A stretch of DNA of 31,967 bases from Geobacteraceae bacterium (GTDB lineage: Bacteria > Desulfobacterota > Desulfuromonadia > Geobacterales > Geobacteraceae): assembly GCA_041481895.1 (NCBI GenBank), contig JBGPCQ010000016.1, positions 1-31,967 of the forward strand, read 5' to 3'. The position numbers were made by a program, and so were the translations under genes. Within the stretch, counting starts at the first letter, position 1; the number at the start of each line of letters is the position of its first letter. The notes under the pieces were generated by a model that was not told the origin of the DNA, ran no database searches, and worked only from the letters and a program-made list of their open reading frames with translations. Shown here piece by piece: positions 8,495-15,372 of this stretch.

Positions 8495-8519
8495 CCTATT
8501 TTCGCATACCGGGACGACC

Positions 8520-9755
8520 ATGCGGTTCATTGCCGACCTCCACATTCATTCCCGCTATTCTCGCGCCTGCAGCCGCGACCTCACCCCTGAAAGCCTCTGG
8601 CGCTGGGGGCAGCTCAAAGGGATCAGGGTCATCGGGACCGGTGATTGCACGCATCCCCTCTGGCTCAGTGAGCTTCGGGAAAAGCTCGAACCGTCCGGCA
8701 ACAACCTTTTGACTCTGAAAAAAGAGCTCCAAACCGACACCGTGCCCGAATCGTGTCGCGCCCCGGTATCATTTCTCCTGACAGGGGAAATCAGCTGCAT
8801 CTACAGTAAAGGGGGTAAAACCAGGAAGGTCCACGCCCTGGTGTTTCTCCCCGATTTTGCCGCAGTCGAGCGATTGAATACAACCCTCGGCCGGATCGGC
8901 AACCTCAATGCGGACGGTCGCCCGATCCTCGGCCTTGACGTTAAAAGGCTCCTGCAGATGGTTCTGGACAGCTCCCCGGACGCCATGCTGGTTCCCGCCC
9001 ATGCCTGGACCCCTCATTTCTCACTGTTCGGAGCATCATCAGGCTTTGACTCACTGGAGGAATGCTTTGAGGAATTGACCCCGCAGATCCACGCCATCGA
9101 AACCGGCCTCTCCTCCGACCCCCCCATGAACTGGCGGCTATCGCAGCTCGACAAGGTCACCCTGATCTCGAACTCCGACGCCCACTCGCCGGCCAAACTC
9201 GGACGCGAGGCGAACATCTTCGCCACCGGGATCGGCTATGGTGCAATCCTGCAGGCCATTAAAGATAAAAGGGGGTTCCTGGGAACTATCGAGTTTTTTC
9301 CCGAAGAAGGAAAATACTACTCTGATGGCCACCGGGAATGCGGGGTACGGCTTACCCCGCAGGAAACGATGGACCATGACTACCTCTGCCCGGCCTGCAG
9401 GAAAAAGGTGACGGTCGGCGTTCTCCATCGCGTAGAAAAGCTTGCCGACCTCCCCGCAGGGAGAAGACCCGAGCATGCCCCTTTCTTCCACTCCATTATA
9501 CCGCTGGCGGAAATTATTGCCGAGGTCTTCCGGGTTGGAGTCGCCAGCAAGAAGGTGGCACGGGCCTATTTCGACCTGCTCGAAAAGCTGGGGAGTGAAT
9601 TTACGATCCTCATCGAAACTGCCGTAGCGGAGATCGCCCGGGCAGGCTACCCCCTGGTAGGAGAAGCAATCCGCAGGATGCGTGCCGGGGAGATTCGCAT
9701 CAGCCCGGGTTTCGACGGGGAATTCGGTAAAATCATCTTGTCTTCGGAGGAGTAG
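8520..9755 (+). CDS. PHP-domain nuclease, endonuclease Q-like (TIGR00375-type)
   Basis: 411 aa with an N-terminal ADLHIHSRYSRA PHP motif, further His/Asp metal ligands (VPAHAWTPHF, NSDAHSP) and a C-terminal zinc-finger-like block (HREC...CPACRKKVTVGVLHRVEKL). This architecture matches what I recall of archaeal/Bacillus EndoQ. Confidence 0.65.
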   Translation: MRFIADLHIHSRYSRACSRDLTPESLWRWGQLKGIRVIGTGDCTHPLWLSELREKLEPSGNNLLTLKKELQTDTVPESCRAPVSFLLTGEISCIYSKGGKTRKVHALVFLPDFAAVERLNTTLGRIGNLNADGRPILGLDVKRLLQMVLDSSPDAMLVPAHAWTPHFSLFGASSGFDSLEECFEELTPQIHAIETGLSSDPPMNWRLSQLDKVTLISNSDAHSPAKLGREANIFATGIGYGAILQAIKDKRGFLGTIEFFPEEGKYYSDGHRECGVRLTPQETMDHDYLCPACRKKVTVGVLHRVEKLADLPAGRRPEHAPFFHSIIPLAEIIAEVFRVGVASKKVARAYFDLLEKLGSEFTILIETAVAEIARAGYPLVGEAIRRMRAGEIRISPGFDGEFGKIILSSEE

Positions 9756-9789
9756 TGTTCCGACTGCAATTAACCGAAAACGTTTAAGG

Positions 9790-9818
9790 TTGACAACCTC
9801 GCTCATGAAAATTAAAGT
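9790..9818 (+). promoter_or_regulatory. Possible sigma70-type promoter of the MshEN-domain gene
   Basis: TTGACA - 17 nt - TAAAGT, located 63 nt upstream of ATG 9881. Confidence 0.35.
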
Positions 9819-9880
9819 TAATTACGTCAGCAACATCCTTTTAGCACTCTGCATGTTGAACCTTGTACGGAGAATAAATC

Positions 9881-11188
9881 ATGAGCAATAAAATCGGCGA
9901 ATTGCTGGTCAAGGAAGGCGCGATCACCCGGAAACAGCTTGAGGAAGCCCTCAAGTGCCAGGTAATTTTCGGCGGCAGGCTCGGGACCAATCTCGTCGAA
10001 ATGGGATTTATCGACGAGCAGACACTTGTCGAGAACCTGAGCAAGCAGCTTGAGGTGCCGTTCGTCACCGTCGAACAACTCATGTCAGTGCCCGCCGAAG
10101 TGATCAATCTTATCCCCAGGGAACTTGCGGAAGAGTATAAGATCATCCCCCTGAGCCTGGACAAAAAAAGGCTCACCGTAGCCATCTGGGACCCCTCCGA
10201 CCTTGCTGCCATCGATGCGGTCTCGTTCATTACCGGCTACATCATCAGGCCGCTGGTCTGTTCGGAATTGAGGCTGCTCCTGGCACTGGAACAGTACTAT
10301 GGAATTAAACGGGAGGTGCGTTATATACAAATGAAAGGGGGGACCGGAACCCGTTCGCGGGAAGACGCCCCTGACATGCGGGGAGTAACTGCTTCCGGGA
10401 GCGAGGAACTTGAGCCTTCACCGTTCGAAGATATGATGGATGAGCTTCCACCGCCCCCTCCAGGCGGAACCGGGGAAACCGGTTCCGCCTGGGGAGACCT
10501 GGTCGATATCAGGCCGCCGGATACGGCCCAGGGGCCCCTCCTGAAAAGGAAACTTCCCGAACCGGCTCCTGACGTCCAACCCGCAGTAGAGCGCGGCCCG
10601 GTACCCCCTGAGGAGCCGGTGAAAGACGCACGACAGAGTCTGCCGCCTGTACCAAAGGCCACCCCCACCCCATCCGCAGTCGCGCCCATGGAGCCGGAAA
10701 CGTCTCCTGCCGATACCCTCCTCACCAGGCTTGCGGAAGCCGGCAGCAGAGATGCGATTGCTGATGCGCTGGTCGGCTACCTGGGGCGGGATTTCGAAAG
10801 AGTCGCCCTCTTCATGGTAAAAGGGAGAATTGCCGTGGGGTGGAAGGGGCATTCGAAAAATGTGCCGATCACGGGCTTTGATCATCTCCATGTCCCGCTC
10901 GACGAACCTACCCTGCTGAGAGTAGTGGTGGATACGAAAAACTTTTATCTCGGCCCGATCCTGGATTCTCCCGGCAATGCAAGGATTCTGGCCGGGCTCG
11001 GCGGGGGAGAGCCGGATTCGGTTCTCCTCATCCCTCTCATGATGATGGAAAGGGTGGTGACGGTTTTTTATCTGGACGGCGATAAGGGGTTGCTCGGGAA
11101 AAAACTCTTCGAGTTGCAGAAAATAATCGGCAAGGCGTCGCTGGCTTTCGAAATCCTGATCCTGAAGAACAAGATACTGCTTGCGTAG
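9881..11188 (+). CDS. MshEN (T2SS-E N-terminal) domain protein with Pro-rich linker and GAF-like C-terminal domain; candidate c-di-GMP receptor
   Basis: Two 24-residue motifs, KIGELLVKEGAITRKQLEEALKCQ and RLGTNLVEMGFIDEQTLVENLSKQ, are separated by 5 residues (VIFGG). A ~130-aa P/E/G-rich linker and a ~150-aa globular C-terminal domain follow. Confidence 0.75.
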   Translation: MSNKIGELLVKEGAITRKQLEEALKCQVIFGGRLGTNLVEMGFIDEQTLVENLSKQLEVPFVTVEQLMSVPAEVINLIPRELAEEYKIIPLSLDKKRLTVAIWDPSDLAAIDAVSFITGYIIRPLVCSELRLLLALEQYYGIKREVRYIQMKGGTGTRSREDAPDMRGVTASGSEELEPSPFEDMMDELPPPPPGGTGETGSAWGDLVDIRPPDTAQGPLLKRKLPEPAPDVQPAVERGPVPPEEPVKDARQSLPPVPKATPTPSAVAPMEPETSPADTLLTRLAEAGSRDAIADALVGYLGRDFERVALFMVKGRIAVGWKGHSKNVPITGFDHLHVPLDEPTLLRVVVDTKNFYLGPILDSPGNARILAGLGGGEPDSVLLIPLMMMERVVTVFYLDGDKGLLGKKLFELQKIIGKASLAFEILILKNKILLA

Positions 11189-11217
11189 AGCTTACACCAT
11201 ATTGAGGGCAGTGGTCT

Positions 11218-11256
11218 GCATAAAGGCCTTACAGGAAATCTGTAAGGCCTTTATGC
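11218..11256. terminator. Perfect 17-bp stem-loop between convergent genes (possible bidirectional terminator or RNA end protector)
   Basis: GCATAAAGGCCTTACAG-gaaat-CTGTAAGGCCTTTATGC. There is no U-tract on either side, so terminator function is uncertain. Confidence 0.4.
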
Positions 11257-11412
11257 GTATGGGTGCGGAGAAAGTATGTGAACCTCAGACCTTCATGTAA
11301 GATTGCATTATTGCATGAGGTAGGATGGGAAAAATTGACACCAAAGTGGTAATTTGAGCCGACAGGAGGTGTCCAGATGAAAAAAGTACCGAACGGACGC
11401 AACACGTGGCAG

Positions 11413-11520
11413 TTATTTCTTCTTTTCATCCTTTTTGATCTTTTTTTCGGCCTTTTTTTCCTTCGGGGTTTTTGCCGGTTCCTTTTTGGAGGTCTTCTTG
11501 CTGTCCTGGCCTTTGCTCAT
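11413..11520 (-). CDS. 35-aa lysine-rich small protein (sORF not in ORF track)
   Basis: My hand translation is MSKGQDSKKTSKKEPAKTPKEKKAEKKIKKDEKKK*. A strong SD (AAGGAG) lies 7 nt upstream of the ATG. The sORF sits 37 nt downstream of the S1-domain gene on the same strand. Confidence 0.5.
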   Translation of the reverse strand: MSKGQDSKKTSKKEPAKTPKEKKAEKKIKKDEKKK

Positions 11521-11557
11521 GATGTTGTCTCCTTATCATTGAGGTTATGCTGCGTAC

Positions 11558-12781
11558 TCATTCCGCCTGTTTCTTCTTCCGCTCCATCTTCGCCTTCAGG
11601 AGGTCACCCAGGGTCCCCATTCCTCTGGGGCCTTCTTCCGTGCTTTTCCTGAACGCTTCCAAGGTCTCCGCAGCCTCTGCCTCCTCCCGGCTCACGTCGG
11701 CCAGGGAAAGGGAGAGACGCTTGTTCTCCCGGTCAACCGCTTCGATCTTCACCTCCAGCAGCTCACCTTCCTTCACCACCTCGCGCGGGTGGCTGATGCG
11801 CTTGCCCGCACCAAGCTTGGAGATATGGATCAGGCCGTCCACTCCCTCCCCGAGGGTTACAAAGGCACCGAAAGTCATTAATCGCGCCACCACCCCCTTA
11901 TGGTACGATCCGACGGGGAATTTTTCGACAACCTTGTCCCACGGGTTGGCCAGGGTATCTTTCAGGCTGAAGGAAAAACGGTCGTTCTCCCAGTCAATCC
12001 GCTTGATCACTACATCGACCTCCTGTCCGACTGAGAGGAACTCGCCGATTTCCTCCACCCTGCCCCAGGCGATTTCCGAAATCGGGATCAACCCTTCAAT
12101 GCCGTCAATAGAGACAAAGGCGCCAAAATCACGGATCGAGGTGATCGTCCCCTTGACCGTCATTCCCTCGCTGAGGGTCCCGCGCAGGCGTTCCCGTTGC
12201 TGCAGTCGCTCCTCTTCCTGAAGCGCCCGGTGGGAAACGACGATATTTCGCCCGTTCTCGGCGTATTCACTGATCTTGAACGCAAGGTGCTTGCCGACGA
12301 ACTGGGTGTTGTCCTCCACCCTTCCCAAGGAAATCTGGGAAAAGGGGCAGAAAGCGCGGACGCTCCCGCCGATCTTTATCTCATAGCCCCCTTTGATGAC
12401 TTTCTCGACAATGCCTTCCACCGGGATGCCGCTCCGCCATGCTTCCTCCAGTTGGGCATTGCCGCTGCCGGAAGACCCGCCGCCGAGCTTCATGGTGAAG
12501 CGCATTTCATTATTGGTGGAGGAAAGGAACCAGGCCGTTACCAGGTCACCTTCTTTGACCGTGAGATTGCCGTCCGCATCAAGGAGTTCCTTTTTATCCA
12601 GGACCCCTTCTCCCTTCCTCCCCGTATCGAGAAAGATCCAGTCACCGCTGATTTTCAGAACTCTGACTTCCACCTTCTGTCCCGGTTCCAGCCAGTCGCC
12701 CTCCGCTGCACTCTGCTCAAAAAGTTTCGCAAAACTCTCTTCATCGGCAACGCCGTTCTCTTCATCATGTTTTTTGTCCAT
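11558..12781 (-). CDS. S1 RNA-binding domain protein (four S1 repeats; ribosomal protein S1-like)
   Basis: 407 aa with repeated S1/OB blocks (G..v.g.V..i...G.fv.l..g.eGli) and an acidic C-terminal tail. Confidence 0.9.
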   Translation of the reverse strand: MDKKHDEENGVADEESFAKLFEQSAAEGDWLEPGQKVEVRVLKISGDWIFLDTGRKGEGVLDKKELLDADGNLTVKEGDLVTAWFLSSTNNEMRFTMKLGGGSSGSGNAQLEEAWRSGIPVEGIVEKVIKGGYEIKIGGSVRAFCPFSQISLGRVEDNTQFVGKHLAFKISEYAENGRNIVVSHRALQEEERLQQRERLRGTLSEGMTVKGTITSIRDFGAFVSIDGIEGLIPISEIAWGRVEEIGEFLSVGQEVDVVIKRIDWENDRFSFSLKDTLANPWDKVVEKFPVGSYHKGVVARLMTFGAFVTLGEGVDGLIHISKLGAGKRISHPREVVKEGELLEVKIEAVDRENKRLSLSLADVSREEAEAAETLEAFRKSTEEGPRGMGTLGDLLKAKMERKKKQAE

Positions 12782-12828
12782 AACCCCATCCGACCTGCAA
12801 GATAATTAAACCTGTAAACTGTAATCTA

Positions 12829-12947
12829 CCACGAAGGACATGAAGGAACACAAAGAAAATCGAAAGGATACTTAGGGTTTAAAAATAAATTTTTGCTTAC
12901 TCCTGTTCTTAAGGTTTAACCTTCGCGCCCCTTCGTGTCCTTCGTGG
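12829..12947. repeat. REP-like inverted-repeat element, purine-rich phased arms (family 2, copy 2)
   Basis: The arms ccacgaaggacatgaaggaacacaaag (12829-12855) and ccttcgcgccccttcgtgtccttcgtgg (12920-12947) are imperfect reverse complements. The centre shares aagaaaa..cgaaagg..gggtttaa with the 1355-1445 element. Confidence 0.7.
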
Positions 12948-12990
12948 ATAAAAGCCTTTCATGTTCAAATGGTTATTTAAAAGATAATGC

Positions 12991-13689
12991 CTATTTTTTT
13001 TCGTCGAAGACCGTCACCTTGCCGTCATCCAGATCGTACTTGGCCGCCACAATCTTCAGCTTGCCTTCCTTCACCATTTCCCGAATAATTTTGGACTGCT
13101 TCGTCAGATTCTGCGCCACCATATTCGCGTTCTCAGCGACAACACACTCGACCAGCTTTTCCTTGTCCTTCAGATCGCAGTTTTTGTCTTTTTTCGCTTT
13201 TTTCAGGGCAGGCGCAATGGCTTTGACAATGGCGCCTATGTTCCCTTCACCTTTACCGTTCGCATCGACGGTGGCCTTGACCGCCCCGCACCGTTCGTGA
13301 CCGAGAACCATGACCAGAGGGGAGCCGAGGTGTTCGGCGGCATATTCGATGCTCCCCAGGACGATCGGATCAGGCACATTGCCGGCGACCCGGACGACGA
13401 ATATTTCGCCGAGGCTCTTGTCGAAGATAATCTCGGGCGGTACACGCGAGTCGGAACAGGAGAGGATGATGGCATACGGCTTCTGCCCCCTGGCCAGTTT
13501 CTCTCTGGCAGCGGCGGTGGTTTCCCCGCAGGCGTTCATTTTGCTTTCTACATAGCGCTTGTTGCCGTCGATAAGCCTGTTAAGCGCCTCGTCAGCGGTA
13601 ATCCCCGCCCCGCCGGACGAAGCGAGCGCAAGTGCGCCAAACAGTGATGCGACAGCGACAACCGCTGAAATACAACCAAGCTTCTTCAT
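12991..13689 (-). CDS. Beta-class carbonic anhydrase with N-terminal signal peptide
   Basis: The CSDSRV and GHERCGAV zinc-ligand motifs are present. The N-terminus MKKLGCISAVVAVASLFGALALASS looks like a Sec signal. Confidence 0.9.
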   Translation of the reverse strand: MKKLGCISAVVAVASLFGALALASSGGAGITADEALNRLIDGNKRYVESKMNACGETTAAAREKLARGQKPYAIILSCSDSRVPPEIIFDKSLGEIFVVRVAGNVPDPIVLGSIEYAAEHLGSPLVMVLGHERCGAVKATVDANGKGEGNIGAIVKAIAPALKKAKKDKNCDLKDKEKLVECVVAENANMVAQNLTKQSKIIREMVKEGKLKIVAAKYDLDDGKVTVFDEKK

Positions 13690-13808
13690 AGTGACCCTCC
13701 CGGAAATATATTAATATTTTTTTATTATCACCATCCTGCGCTGCGGTCAACCTCAAACTTCCCCGACGTACCGCTGTCGTCAGGAGGATACAACCGCGGG
13801 GCGGCGTC

Positions 13809-14321
13809 TCACGAATCCTTCAGGGTGCATTCCCGCTCCCATGCAAAATAACCGTCCCCTTTGATTGCCCAGAAAGAATCGATGCGGCCCGCGTAAAAGT
13901 CAATGTCAGCAGACTCCTTCTCTACCTCCGCAAGGTATTCCGCCGAGATGAGATCACGGGACCGGAGAAAACGGCAGAAGGCGCTGACCCCTTCCAGGTG
14001 ACCGGCAAGCTGGGCAATAGATGGTTCCAGGGTGTTCACGATATACCAGTTGCCGGCAAACCGACGGGTAATGCCGGGCATTTCATCGAACAAGCTCCGC
14101 TGCATATATCCTACGACAAAATCGCGCACAAAATAGTCGGCGCCATTGGCGAGGAATGTCGCCTTTTCCGGAGTGACCCCCTCCTCCTGAAGCTGAAAGT
14201 AAAAGCGTCTCAGGATTTTTCCGTAGAGTTCATCAACCCGCAGTTCATCTTCGAGACTCTCCAACCTGAAATCGTCCTTGTTGACCGTCAACTCGCCTTC
14301 GAGTTCAGCAGATTCAATCAT
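13809..14321 (-). CDS. Hypothetical cytoplasmic protein (no family recognised), last gene of the ABC transporter operon
   Basis: I prefer ATG 14321 (AAGGAG SD upstream; protein MIESAELEGE...) over the GTG at 14345. There are no TM segments and no nucleotide-binding motif. It begins 34 nt after the permease stop. Confidence 0.65.
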   Translation of the reverse strand: MIESAELEGELTVNKDDFRLESLEDELRVDELYGKILRRFYFQLQEEGVTPEKATFLANGADYFVRDFVVGYMQRSLFDEMPGITRRFAGNWYIVNTLEPSIAQLAGHLEGVSAFCRFLRSRDLISAEYLAEVEKESADIDFYAGRIDSFWAIKGDGYFAWERECTLKDS

Positions 14322-14354
14322 TGCCGCCTTCTCCTTGTAGCGCACATAGAGGTA

Positions 14355-15209
14355 TCACCTGTTGAGCCGCGGATCGAGGGCGTCCCGTATCCCTTCGCCC
14401 AGGAGGTTGTAGGAAAGAACGGTAACAAGGATGGCCAGACCCGGGAAGAGCGACAGCCACCAGGCGAATTCGATATAGTCCTTGCCGGAAGTCAGGATAT
14501 TCCCCCAGCTCGGGGTCGGTGGCTGGACACCGATGCCGAGAAACGAAAGGGCTGACTCCGTAAGGATCGCCCCGGCGACCCCGAGTGTGGCGGAGACAAG
14601 GACCGGTGACATGGCATTGGGAAGGACATGCCGGAAAATAATACGGAAGTCCGATGCGCCCATGGCTCTCGCCGCCAGGACAAAGTCCCGTTCCCGGATG
14701 GACAGGACCTCCGCCCGGACGAGCCGGGCAACGCCCATCCACCCTGTCAGGCCGATTATTATCATGATATACCATATGGAAGGCTCAAGCATGGCGATCA
14801 CGGCTAGAATCAGGAAAAATGTGGGAAAACAGAGCATGATATCCACGAAACGCATGAGGACGCTGTCGAACCAGCCGCCGTAGTAGGCGGAGACGAGCCC
14901 GATAATCGTGCCGACCAGGACTGCGATACCCACTGCCACAAAGCCGACTTTCAGGGATATCTTTGCGCCGAACAGCACCCGCGTAAATACATCCCTCCCC
15001 AGTTCGTCGGTTCCGAACCAGTGGGCGGCCGACGGCGGCATCAGAACCTTATAGAGATCGAGGGCATCAGGATCATAGGGGGTTATCCATGGCGCCAGGA
15101 GAGAGATCAGGAAAAGGAGAACAACCACTCCCCCCCCTGCCACCGCGAAGCGGTTGTGGCGGATCCTCGGCCAGAATACCTGGTAAAAAAAACTCTCTTT
15201 CATCGACAT
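14355..15209 (-). CDS. ABC transporter permease, DppC/OppC-like
   Basis: 284 aa, multi-TM, with the EAA-loop-like block LAARAMGASDFRIIFRHVLPN. Confidence 0.9.
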   Translation of the reverse strand: MSMKESFFYQVFWPRIRHNRFAVAGGGVVVLLFLISLLAPWITPYDPDALDLYKVLMPPSAAHWFGTDELGRDVFTRVLFGAKISLKVGFVAVGIAVLVGTIIGLVSAYYGGWFDSVLMRFVDIMLCFPTFFLILAVIAMLEPSIWYIMIIIGLTGWMGVARLVRAEVLSIRERDFVLAARAMGASDFRIIFRHVLPNAMSPVLVSATLGVAGAILTESALSFLGIGVQPPTPSWGNILTSGKDYIEFAWWLSLFPGLAILVTVLSYNLLGEGIRDALDPRLNR

Positions 15210-15261
15210 GAACTGAGCACCTTTAGTCTGGGTACTTAATAATTTCAGAATCCGAAATGCG

Positions 15262-15372
15262 AATTTTTCGCAAGGTCAAGGCGATCGAGGGATTGCGCGG
15301 AGGCGTAGCAAAGCTACGCCGCACAAGGAATCCCGAAGATCAACGCAGAGATTGCGGAAAAGTCACATTTCT
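15262..15372 (+). repeat. Structured repeat family 1, copy C (diverged, lacks the 5' hairpin), between the two permease genes
   Basis: The core GGGATTGCGCGGAGGCGTAGC-aaa-GCTACGCCGCACAAGGAATCCC is at 15289-15334. The flanking similarity (atttttcgcaagg..., ...gcggaaaag..atttc) runs up to the stop codon of the upstream permease gene. Confidence 0.7.

Noticed and set aside
8404-8712. ORFs drawn through the structured repeat (8404..8712, 20087..20296, 15257..15448, and minus-strand 19898..20245)
   Set aside because: The peptides begin similarly (LRGGV...) only because of nucleotide identity. Loop-length differences shift the frame between copies (YAAQ vs LRRTR). The ORFs also run into and overlap the real downstream genes out of frame. 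Conservation is therefore non-coding.
9138-9806. 222-aa minus-strand ORF
   Set aside because: It is antisense to the EndoQ-like gene and no domain is recognisable.
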